Below, one piece after another: positions 56,029 through 64,000 of a stretch of DNA of 64,000 bases. This DNA comes from a virus. Made by a program: the position numbers and the translations under genes. Numbering within the stretch: position 1 is the first letter of the stretch; each line of letters starts with the position of its first letter. The notes below the pieces were generated by a model. It saw only the letters and a list, made by a program, of their open reading frames with translations, did not search any database and was not told the origin of the DNA. The stretch spans positions 1 through 64,000 of IMG/VR virus record IMGVR_UViG_3300046692_000130; one strand, given 5' to 3'.

Positions 56029-57681
56029 TTATGCACTACAGGACGCGCAGTCAAGAAGTGAACGGCTCAACTCTTGCGCTGCATTGACACTGTACTGGTA
56101 ATAGAGACTCTTGACGCCAAGCTCGTGCGCCAGAAGGAACAGAGCATTGACATCCTTGATCGGATCCTTCGGCGAGATCATCAGATTCAGAGACACGCCC
56201 TGATCGATGAAGCGCTGGCGCGCACCGGCCTGAATGATCACTTCCTTAGGCGAGATCTCGGCAAACGTCTTGAAGACAGCCTTCTCATGATCACTGAGGA
56301 AGTCCAGATGCTGAACGCTTCCCTTCTTGGACAGAATGCTATCCCAGACCTCAGGTGTGTTCCTGCCCATGGACTCAAGCAGCGCCTCCAAGTGGACGTT
56401 CTTGATCGTGAACTTACCCTTGGCGAGATCCTTGATGTAGTAGTTCGCCTTGTGTGGCTCGATACCCTCAGAGACCTGACCGAGAATGAACGCAGACGAC
56501 TTGGTCGGCGCAATGGCCAATAGCGTCGTGTTACGGCGTCCGTAGCCCTTCAGATAGTAAGGCTCCCCAAAGATCTGTGCGAGGTCAGTAGAGGCAGCGT
56601 ATGCCTGTTCCTTGATGGTCTTAGCGATCTCCACGTTGAGGAACTTAGCCTCCATGGATTCGAACGGAATCATCTTGCTCTGCAGGTAGCTGTGCCAGCC
56701 AAGCTGACCGATACCGAGAGCACGGTGACGCTTTGCGAACAGCACTGCGCGCTCAAGGAACCTGATGCCAGCCGCCTTCTCGATGAACTCCGACATGACT
56801 GCGTCGAGAAAGAAGGTCAGAAGCTCTACAGCGTCCGTATTCTTCCACGCGTCATAATGCAAAAGGTTCATGCTCGACAGGTCACAGACGAACGACTCGG
56901 TCTCAGAGTCTGGCAGCATAATCTCGCTGCACAGATTCGAGTGAGTGATCTTCATGCCCTTGTCGCGATAGACATCAGGCGCGCCGTTGTTGGCGTTGTC
57001 GATGAAGAGGATGTATGGGTAGCCGACGTTGGCCCGTACCTCAAGCACCTTGGCCCAGATCTTGCGCTTCTCAGCATCACCGGCCTTCATCTCTGCCAGC
57101 CAGTAGTCTGGTACTGAGACGCCAAACGAGAGATCCTGTACCGGGCTTCCCTCGCTCCTGATTGTCAGGAACTCCATGATGTCGCCGTGATCGATCGGCA
57201 AGTACGCGGCGAAGTTTCCACGGCGTGTGCGACCTTGTGAGACCACGTTGATCAGGTTGTCGAACAGGCGCATGAAGTGGACTGCACCTGAACTCTCACC
57301 GTTGTCAGTGATCGGTGCGCCACGCTTACGAAGCTCACCAAAATAGGCCGACGTACCGCCACCATACTTGGTCATGGCTCCGACTTCAGAGACTGTGTGA
57401 AGGATTGATTCAATCGTGTCGCCCATGTACGAGCCAAAGCACGATATGGGCAGACCACGGTTAGTGCCGAAGTTAGCCCAGATGGGTGTAGAGAGGGACA
57501 CCCAGCCCTTCTGAATGATTGCCTTGAAGCGCGCTGCGAAGCCGGAGATCCCCAGCCTACGCTCTGCCTCTGAGCAGATGATGTCTACGCGCTCGTCAAG
57601 CGTCTGGCCGGGTAAAAGGTAGTCCCGGTCTAGGAATTGCTGGCTCATTTCTGTAAGCCAGACGTAATCTGTGTTGCTCAA
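56029..57681 (-). CDS. nrdA: Ribonucleotide reductase class I alpha subunit
   Basis: LPISCF, GGGTS, SNLCSEI, AIAPT.SS, SLYY, C-terminal CASC. Confidence 0.96.
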   Translation of the reverse strand: MSNTDYVWLTEMSQQFLDRDYLLPGQTLDERVDIICSEAERRLGISGFAARFKAIIQKGWVSLSTPIWANFGTNRGLPISCFGSYMGDTIESILHTVSEVGAMTKYGGGTSAYFGELRKRGAPITDNGESSGAVHFMRLFDNLINVVSQGRTRRGNFAAYLPIDHGDIMEFLTIRSEGSPVQDLSFGVSVPDYWLAEMKAGDAEKRKIWAKVLEVRANVGYPYILFIDNANNGAPDVYRDKGMKITHSNLCSEIMLPDSETESFVCDLSSMNLLHYDAWKNTDAVELLTFFLDAVMSEFIEKAAGIRFLERAVLFAKRHRALGIGQLGWHSYLQSKMIPFESMEAKFLNVEIAKTIKEQAYAASTDLAQIFGEPYYLKGYGRRNTTLLAIAPTKSSAFILGQVSEGIEPHKANYYIKDLAKGKFTIKNVHLEALLESMGRNTPEVWDSILSKKGSVQHLDFLSDHEKAVFKTFAEISPKEVIIQAGARQRFIDQGVSLNLMISPKDPIKDVNALFLLAHELGVKSLYYQYSVNAAQELSRSLLDCASCSA

Positions 57682-57689
57682 AAACTCTC

Positions 57690-57902
57690 CTATCCTTTGT
57701 TGCTGTAGATAACCTTGCCGTCGACTCGCGCTTCTTCCATATCCTCAGGGGCATACTGTGCAGCGAGGAACGCAGTTGCGTCATGGATGAGGCTCTGGAC
57801 TTCTGTTAGTGGCTGGCCAGCTTTGATCGGTGGATCGTACTCGGCCTTCAGGGACAAGGTGCCATCTGGGTTCTCGGTGACTGTCAGTGTTGCTTTGCTC
57901 AA
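57690..57902 (-). CDS. Small hypothetical protein between nrdB and nrdA
   Basis: GGAG RBS before TTG 57902. Confidence 0.6.
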   Translation of the reverse strand: MSKATLTVTENPDGTLSLKAEYDPPIKAGQPLTEVQSLIHDATAFLAAQYAPEDMEEARVDGKVIYSNKG

Positions 57903-57912
57903 TACGTTCTCC

Positions 57913-58887
57913 TTAGAACAAATCGTCTGCAGTGAAGCTCTGCATCTTCTTGCTGTAGGCGACACTCTTCTTGTTGAAGAAGTCGTTGTTGACTTCGGTC
58001 TGAAGCTCTTCATCGAACCAGCGCAGAGTCTCCAGCTTGTCCTTGTCGACCTCGAATACCAACGGCGCGTCGATCAGCACCATGGACTCATTGAAGCGCT
58101 GCTTGATGAATTCCTTGACAGTTTCTTTGGGCAGGAACGGAAGCTCACCGGCCTCGAAGATCCAGTCGATGATCTGGCACTCAGCCTCGAATGCCTTCTT
58201 GGCGGCGCGGTGGATCGTCTTGTAGAAGTCCTCGTTGAACCACTCAGGGTTCTCGGTCTTGATGTACTTGACGATGGTCGCGCCGAGGAGAGCATGAATT
58301 GTCTCTTCCTTCTGCGTGGCCTGTACGACGTTGTCAATGTCCTTCAGCAGATTGCGATGCTTGTTGAATGACTTGATGATTGCGAACTGGCTGAACAGCG
58401 ACACGTTCTCAATGAACATAGAGAAGAGCGTCAGCGTGAGTGCGTAGTTCTGGTTGCTGCTGTCGGCTGCACCTTTGAGGTACTTGGTCAGGTAATCGAC
58501 CCGGCCCTGAATGACAGGATTCTGGAGCAGCATGGTGAAGTCGTCGTTCAGGCCAAGCACCTGTAGGAGATGAGAGTAGGCGTCAGCGTGGCGTACTTCG
58601 CTCTCGCCGAACGTCACACCCACCTGCTCAAACTCAGCCTTGGGGAACCTGTCGCCCAGCTTCGTCCAGAATCGCTTCACTGAGATCTCGATCTGTGAGA
58701 TGGCCAGCAGAGTGTTCTTGATGGCATTGCGCTCGACCGCGTCCAGCTTGACATTGAAGTCCTGCAAGTCTGCAGTGAAGTTCCACTCCGAGACCAGCCA
58801 GAAGCTGTGGTTGATTGCGTCTTTGAATGCGACTACATCTGGATATTCGAATGGCTTGAACGCCACTCGTTTGGTAAAGATACTCAA
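57913..58887 (-). CDS. nrdB: Ribonucleotide reductase class I beta subunit
   Basis: KPFEYP, EVRHADAY, ENVSLFSQF, EETIH, DFF. Confidence 0.96.
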   Translation of the reverse strand: MSIFTKRVAFKPFEYPDVVAFKDAINHSFWLVSEWNFTADLQDFNVKLDAVERNAIKNTLLAISQIEISVKRFWTKLGDRFPKAEFEQVGVTFGESEVRHADAYSHLLQVLGLNDDFTMLLQNPVIQGRVDYLTKYLKGAADSSNQNYALTLTLFSMFIENVSLFSQFAIIKSFNKHRNLLKDIDNVVQATQKEETIHALLGATIVKYIKTENPEWFNEDFYKTIHRAAKKAFEAECQIIDWIFEAGELPFLPKETVKEFIKQRFNESMVLIDAPLVFEVDKDKLETLRWFDEELQTEVNNDFFNKKSVAYSKKMQSFTADDLF

Positions 58888-59408
58888 GACTTCCCTTTCA
58901 CGTAGTGGTTGTAGATGTACTCTGCCGCTTCTTCAGTGGGCAGCAAATGACTATGAGGCAGAAGCTTCCACCCGATGAGTAGAGAGAGAAGATCCGTGTC
59001 GATCCGTTTGGCTTCCTCTTTTGTCTGGCCACGTCCGACTGTCATGTAGGGACGGTCGCCACGTTTGAGGTAAAACAGAAGGTTGTCGTAGCTTTCCCAA
59101 ACCTGCTTTACAAGTGGGAAGAAAGCGCGGTGGTAGTCGGATGACGCGTAGTTAGCACACAGCAAAAGTGGACTGTCACATATAGCCCAGTCCACCTTGC
59201 CTTGAAGTCTTTGCAACCTTCGATTCTGTTTGGCGAGTACGTATAGTTGGTCGGACAGCACATTGCTGCGCTCTTCCCAGACCATGTCCTTCGCATACTC
59301 GTTCACCAGTTCGACGTTGTATCCTGCCTTCTTCATCAGGACAAACAACTCAGCCGCTGTTGTGCTCTTACCTGCGCCCGGGCCAGCAATCAGGTTGATA
59401 ACTTTCAT
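58884..59408 (-). CDS. P-loop kinase/ATPase (NadR/AAA_28-like)
   Basis: INLIAGPGAGKST, EYAKD, CDSPLL, GR.QT.EEA. Confidence 0.85.
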   Translation of the reverse strand: MKVINLIAGPGAGKSTTAAELFVLMKKAGYNVELVNEYAKDMVWEERSNVLSDQLYVLAKQNRRLQRLQGKVDWAICDSPLLLCANYASSDYHRAFFPLVKQVWESYDNLLFYLKRGDRPYMTVGRGQTKEEAKRIDTDLLSLLIGWKLLPHSHLLPTEEAAEYIYNHYVKGKS

Positions 59409-60424
59409 GCCGCCATCGCCGCCTTGATGTAGTCCTCAGACTTGCCCATCACCTTGAGCGTGGCAATCTTGGTCGCCCTGTAAGCTTCTACATCATCGGT
59501 CAGCAACTGACGTACGCCAGCCTTGCCCATAATCGTGGTGCCGTCGAAGGTATAGTTCTTGCTGCTCTGCTTCCAGACGTTGCTCTTGATCGCGTACTGG
59601 GCGAGACTTGCGAAGTCGTCCAGACCATGGCCGAACATGAGATCTTCTTCGACCTCGCGGAACGGACTGGCAACCTTGTTCTTGATCGCCTTGATCTTCG
59701 TCCTGTTGCCAGCGTTGACGTCGCCTTCCTTCACCTGTGCCAGACGACGAACGTCCAAGCGAACGGATGCGAAGAATGGAAGCGCACGGCCACCCGGCGT
59801 CGTCTCATTGGATCCGAACGTCACACCGATCTTCTCGCGAATCTGGTTGATGAAGCAGACGATGGTGCCGGTCTGGTTTGCAGCCGCTGTGATCTTACGC
59901 AGCGCCTTTGCCATCATGCGCGCCTGAAGTCCAACGTGAGCATCTTCCATCTCGCCATCGAGTTCTGCCTTCGGTGTAAGGGCAGCGACTGAGTCGACCA
60001 CACAGATCCCAACACCACGACTGTGGATAAGATCGATAGTGGCCTGTAGTGCTTGCTCACCGTAGTCAGGCTGGCCGACGAGGAGGTTGTCGACGTCTAC
60101 ACCCAGCGCATTGGCATAGGTGACGTCCAGTGCATGCTCTGCGTCGACGAAGGCTGCATTCTTGCCAAGCTTCTGGGCGCTGGCGATCAGGTGCAGGTTA
60201 GTGGTTGTCTTGCCCGATGAGGCTGGGCCAATCATCTCGACGACGCGCCCGTCTGGGACGCCTCCAATGCCGAGTACATGATGATCGATACCGAAGACAC
60301 CGATTGGAATGTTGGGTAGGATCCGGTCGACCTTGTCGCCGAGGCGTTGGAAGTTCAGCCCCAGATCCTTCTTGATTTTCTTGACTGCTGCCTCTAGGGC
60401 TTCATTCTGTTCTTTCGTACTCAG
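59405..60424 (-). CDS. recA: RecA recombinase
   Basis: GPASSGKTT, DAEHALD, VDSVAAL, FINQIREKIG, GGRAL.F; likely CTG start at 60424. Confidence 0.96.
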   Translation of the reverse strand: MSTKEQNEALEAAVKKIKKDLGLNFQRLGDKVDRILPNIPIGVFGIDHHVLGIGGVPDGRVVEMIGPASSGKTTTNLHLIASAQKLGKNAAFVDAEHALDVTYANALGVDVDNLLVGQPDYGEQALQATIDLIHSRGVGICVVDSVAALTPKAELDGEMEDAHVGLQARMMAKALRKITAAANQTGTIVCFINQIREKIGVTFGSNETTPGGRALPFFASVRLDVRRLAQVKEGDVNAGNRTKIKAIKNKVASPFREVEEDLMFGHGLDDFASLAQYAIKSNVWKQSSKNYTFDGTTIMGKAGVRQLLTDDVEAYRATKIATLKVMGKSEDYIKAAMAA

Positions 60425-60888
60425 ATGAACTCCTTCGGTTCTTTTGGGCCAATCTCCACGACCACGCACTCGGACTGCTTACCCTGCATTGCGAGATGCG
60501 CCATCGGCAAAAGCCACTGGAGATTAGGGACGTGATTGAGGAGCGAGACTTCGCGCCAGTTGTGAATGCGAATTGGTTCGTCAGTCGGCGACTGCAACTG
60601 CTTCAACGGGCCTGTAGCGACAAAGAAGTAGACGCAGAAACCATCACCAACCAAGGTGCAGAACGGCTTCCAGTCACTTGTCTTCGTCTCGTACCCAGTC
60701 TCCTCACGGAACTCGCGCACCATAGCGTCGACTGTTATCTCACCCGCTTCGACGTGACCGCCGACAGCGTTGAGCTTCCTCGCTTGCCACTCTGGGCGCT
60801 TCTTCCTGATGAGTGCAACACGGTTGCTCACTCCAGCTTCGAGTACATCGAACATGAACCCTGCAACGTATCTAATCGACGTCGCCAT
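60421..60888 (-). CDS. Nudix hydrolase
   Basis: GGHVEAGE....AMVREFREETG Nudix box. Confidence 0.92.
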   Translation of the reverse strand: MATSIRYVAGFMFDVLEAGVSNRVALIRKKRPEWQARKLNAVGGHVEAGEITVDAMVREFREETGYETKTSDWKPFCTLVGDGFCVYFFVATGPLKQLQSPTDEPIRIHNWREVSLLNHVPNLQWLLPMAHLAMQGKQSECVVVEIGPKEPKEFI

Positions 60889-61270
60889 TGACTACCTCTC
60901 TTCCATGCGTAAGGGTGATTGTCTTGTCCTGCTCTGGCAGGTACTCTTTCCACGTCTTCGACCACGGGCCTCGTACCGAGAACACCCACGTCGTTCCCAC
61001 ACTCTTTACCTTGTGGAACATGTCTCGTGGCGTCTTGATCCATGCCAGAGAAGGCATGTACACATTTACGTACTGGCCTCGTGGGTACTCAATCAAACAA
61101 CCTTTGAGCACCCATGACCGGGCGTTGAATGCGTGACTGTGGTATGCCTCGCGTGATCCATCAGCAAAGCGTAGAAACACGATGCTGAAGAGGCTCTTTG
61201 CTTCGATGAGGAAGTAGCCATGTACACGCGACTCTGGCCCACCGTCCTTCATACGTTTGAAGAGCTTCAA
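60872..61270 (-). CDS. Cupin-like phage protein
   Basis: KDGGPES.V, HSHAFN..S.VL.G.L.E, FHKV. Confidence 0.7.
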   Translation of the reverse strand: MKLFKRMKDGGPESRVHGYFLIEAKSLFSIVFLRFADGSREAYHSHAFNARSWVLKGCLIEYPRGQYVNVYMPSLAWIKTPRDMFHKVKSVGTTWVFSVRGPWSKTWKEYLPEQDKTITLTHGREVVNGDVD

Positions 61271-61668
61271 GCGGCAGACTCCTCAGAAATGATTGCGTCG
61301 GCGTCTGTAACGTCTGCGAGGGTTTCCTTCTGCTCGATCAGAAACTCGCGGAGATGCTTCAGATGCTTGGCATACTTGACGCCCGTCTTCTGACGAAGAA
61401 GGATCTCGCCGCCGTCAGTCTGCAGCACGAGCAGGTTCTGCTTAGTTGAGTCTGGGTTGGCCGTGAAGAATGTCAGCCAGCAGCCGGGACAGTTTGTGTT
61501 GGGAACAGTGATCGGGCTGATGCGGTGACCGCAGTTCAGTCCGTCGATGTTGTTACTGTTCGGGTAGATTCGGCACATCAGTTTTTCAGGCTTTGGGTTG
61601 TCTGGTGACATTTCGTCGTACGTCCTTTGTGCAGACATAAGCTGCATATGGTGAGAGTTCAACATCAA
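61267..61668 (-). CDS. Hypothetical protein
   Basis: CGH..C..C; start uncertain. Confidence 0.55.
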   Translation of the reverse strand: MMLNSHHMQLMSAQRTYDEMSPDNPKPEKLMCRIYPNSNNIDGLNCGHRISPITVPNTNCPGCWLTFFTANPDSTKQNLLVLQTDGGEILLRQKTGVKYAKHLKHLREFLIEQKETLADVTDADAIISEESAA

Positions 61669-62014
61669 TGAAGCGCTGGCCCACGAGATCGCGAACCTGT
61701 ACGTCGTAGTCGGCGAACTCTGGCGGTACTGCGTCTAACTGACCGTAGTTGTGGTAGAACTCCACGAAGTAGCGCAGAAGATGAGGATGGCCTTGCAGTG
61801 CGCGACGTGCGTTCGTCTCTGTGTCGCAGACAAAGTCTGACTGTGATGGCCTGATCTTCGCCGTGCTACGCGTGTACGTGGCTTTACCGGCCTCGTTACC
61901 ACGGTCGTACGCTATTGCTTGGATCCCGCCGCCAGCAGCTTTCATCTCCTGCCAGAGTGGAATGTTCTGTCTGAATGCTTTGTGTGCCTCTCGGCGCTCT
62001 GCCCTAGTTGGCAT
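61586..62014 (-). CDS. Hypothetical protein
   Basis: GGGAG RBS before ATG 62014. Confidence 0.6.
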   Translation of the reverse strand: MPTRAERREAHKAFRQNIPLWQEMKAAGGGIQAIAYDRGNEAGKATYTRSTAKIRPSQSDFVCDTETNARRALQGHPHLLRYFVEFYHNYGQLDAVPPEFADYDVQVRDLVGQRFIDVELSPYAAYVCTKDVRRNVTRQPKA

Positions 62015-62393
62015 TGGTGACGCTCCCGTTCTTGCGAAGCGCAACCAACTCTGTGACAAGGCCCATAAACTGTTCGAACTCCATCGTTACCTGAGTCATC
62101 TCTTTGTTCTTTCCATGGAAGAGAAGCTTGATGGTCGGTCGACTGACGTATTTGAGGAAGTGCTTCTTGAATGTGGTGAAGACGTTGAGTGCTTCTACTT
62201 GCTTGCACTCGATGTCGAAGTTGAAGATCTTACGGGCAGCGGGTGTCAGTATCACGTCCACGCCGGTCACGCCCATCGATGTTGATTTGATATCGTCCGG
62301 TTCAAGTTCGTAGAGCGCGCCGATCTCTCGCAGAGCATCGCGCACTTTGTCTTGGCACCGGCGACCTTTCGCCTTGGCGCTGCTGGTTCTGAT
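62004..62393 (-). CDS. Holliday junction resolvase (PD-(D/E)XK)
   Basis: SAKAKGR..Q, S.SMG..G.DV.L, IECK..E; N-terminus needs a start upstream of the track's GTG. Confidence 0.85.
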   Translation of the reverse strand: MRTSSAKAKGRRCQDKVRDALREIGALYELEPDDIKSTSMGVTGVDVILTPAARKIFNFDIECKQVEALNVFTTFKKHFLKYVSRPTIKLLFHGKNKEMTQVTMEFEQFMGLVTELVALRKNGSVTNAN

Positions 62394-62474
62394 AAGTCTT
62401 TTCCTATTTGGGGATTTGTCGCGCTGGGGGAAATGCTCACCCCAGCTAACGACGATGTGTTGCGAACTTCTGGG

Positions 62475-62714
62475 TTACGACCGAACGACTACTGGGTACC
62501 CGCGCCCAACCGTCTGGAATCCAAGTTCATGGTTCTCGTCGGTATGGGGCATGAGATGAAGTGTCCCATCGGTCTTGATGAGGAGAATGTCGCCGAATGG
62601 CTTGCGACTGCCGTTATCGTCTGCTGCGTAAAGCATGACCCCTTCATGCGTATTGCGAAGTGCGTAGTCGGTTACCTTGTTGCGCCTGAAACGCTTGAGA
62701 AGCTTCTTGAGCAT
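62475..62714 (-). CDS. Hypothetical protein
   Basis: AAGGA RBS, own promoter. Confidence 0.65.
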   Translation of the reverse strand: MLKKLLKRFRRNKVTDYALRNTHEGVMLYAADDNGSRKPFGDILLIKTDGTLHLMPHTDENHELGFQTVGRGYPVVVRS

Positions 62715-62741
62715 TAGTTCCTTTCTGTTTGGGATGTCCTA

Positions 62742-62785
62742 ATAGTACGACAACTCTTTACCGAATGCAATAGTTTTTATGCTGG
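62742..62785 (-). promoter_or_regulatory. Promoter CCAGCATAAAAACTA-TTGCAT-N17-TACTAT
   Basis: Shared upstream element. Confidence 0.8.
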
Positions 62786-63034
62786 TTCTGGAACGATTTG
62801 TTCAAGCACTGGAAGTGGAGGCTTGCCTGTCGCTTCACGGTAGACATTGACGACCTTGTAGAGCCACTGGTTGTAGGCTTCGACAAACTTCAGTTCAGCG
62901 AACTCGGGCGTCTTATCCTTGACGCTAACCTCGCCGTCCTTGGAGCGAATGACGAACTCGCCATCCTCTTCCCACGACATGACAGCGATGGCCATGGTCG
63001 CGCCGGTAACAAATTCTTTTACATTGGTGATCAA
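62777..63034 (-). CDS. Hypothetical protein
   Basis: Coupled to the ligase stop. Confidence 0.6.
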   Translation of the reverse strand: MITNVKEFVTGATMAIAVMSWEEDGEFVIRSKDGEVSVKDKTPEFAELKFVEAYNQWLYKVVNVYREATGKPPLPVLEQIVPEPA

Positions 63035-64000
63035 CTCATGTCCTCTTCTAACCGGATAGCATGTCCGATTGGTAAATTGGGCAGACCGTCTACGGTGCGA
63101 CCGAAGAAGCGAACCGTCAGCTTCTGCCCCTTGTACTTGTTTGAGATCTTGAGAAGTTCGCGCCGGTCGTTGTGCGTACCACGGGGCCGAGTCTCAAACT
63201 CCAGATTGTTGGTATCGTTCCTGCACTTCCAGATGACGAGATCGGCTTCGACAGACCCGGGTTCACCACCACGAGAACCGATTATCTCGAATTCAGCGTC
63301 CTCGAATTCTTTGAGCTTCAGCAGATTGCGTGACCGTGCGCCCCACTCATACACACCGTTGTAGTCGCGCACGATGAGACCTTCATAGCCTTGTAGGACA
63401 AGTGTGTCGTGTTGCTTCTTGACCTCAATGGCGTTCAGAGCGATATCAGTCTCAACCATGAACACAATGCTCTGTGGAGACTCGGTCGACATGTATGCGT
63501 CTTCCAGTTCGGCCTCGTCGAGTTCGCGCATACGCCTATACCACGCGTGGTCGTCTTCACCCTTGATCACTGGCATGTCGTAGACGTGGTACTGAAGCTT
63601 GTCAGTCTCGCCCGGGTAGAACTTCTTCGTGCGTGAGTTGATCCACTGCAGCGTCTTACCGTGCAGATAGATCTCACCATCGAACACACAGTTCTTGGGC
63701 AACTCCCTTTCAAGCTTCTTGTTGATGTGCTTGACCTCAGTCCATTCCTTACCACCACGCGAGATCAGGACTACGCGATCACCGTCCCACTTCGCCAACG
63801 CTCGAACACCGTCGAGCTTGTGCTGCGTATAGACCGGGTAGATGACCTTCTTCTCATTCTTGCTGAACTCATGCGCCAGCATAGGCAAGAACGGCTTCTC
63901 GACAGCGTCGTCAACCGTCAGCCGATACTTGCGCTCCAGCTTGTGCTTGTGCATCGCCTCTGCCTCGACCATGGCCTGTTCCTCAGGCGTCGTAGCATTA
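63031..64000 (-). CDS. ATP-dependent DNA ligase (5' end outside window)
   Basis: PMLA, KLDGVR, DGEIY, EGLIVR, R...LLKLK.F.DAEF. Confidence 0.95.
   Translation of the reverse strand, partial: NATTPEEQAMVEAEAMHKHKLERKYRLTVDDAVEKPFLPMLAHEFSKNEKKVIYPVYTQHKLDGVRALAKWDGDRVVLISRGGKEWTEVKHINKKLERELPKNCVFDGEIYLHGKTLQWINSRTKKFYPGETDKLQYHVYDMPVIKGEDDHAWYRRMRELDEAELEDAYMSTESPQSIVFMVETDIALNAIEVKKQHDTLVLQGYEGLIVRDYNGVYEWGARSRNLLKLKEFEDAEFEIIGSRGGEPGSVEADLVIWKCRNDTNNLEFETRPRGTHNDRRELLKISNKYKGQKLTVRFFGRTVDGLPNLPIGHAIRLEEDMS

Noticed and set aside
1-64000. Stop-codon reassignment
   Set aside because: Core genes are intact in the standard code, TAA/TAG/TGA all end genes, and no suppressor tRNA is present

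Overview
The whole window is phage DNA, part of a large (>64 kb) temperate, HK97-fold siphovirus-like genome in non-integrated configuration, with phage genes on both sides of a putative attP. The host is probably Acidobacteriota (inference from remembered protein families, not searched). Layout: (1) 1-4030, a compositionally distinct segment with inward-pointing promoter-gene-terminator cassettes and dense short-word repeats, ending at a cos-like, IHF-rich site at ~4030-4125. (2) 4400-15000, early/accessory genes, RNase H, an XRE regulator, dUTPase, HNH and a family A DNA polymerase. (3) 15400-45200, tRNA-Asn, tRNA-Trp, HNH, an HslV-like peptidase, terminase, head, tail, fibre, holin-like genes, a phosphoesterase and a dNMP kinase. 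(4) 45200-48450, excisionase, tyrosine integrase, attP-like region with a full tRNA-Val, and a Tat-exported bacteriocin-like moron. (5) 48500-64000, a minus-strand early arm (HicAB, ThyX, nucleotidyltransferase, RlpA, lysozyme, NrdAB, RecA, Nudix, resolvase, ligase). Main candidates for novelty: a relocated cos that would place a k-mer-restricted pre-early module with 19-bp-spacer promoters at the first-ejected genome end; a fibre-position protein with a Sec signal peptide and 8 consecutive Cys pairs; a halocin-C8-like Tat precursor with a putative immunity gene; and a second, orphan prohead-protease-like gene in the early region. All product calls come from motif recognition by eye; no database searches were run.
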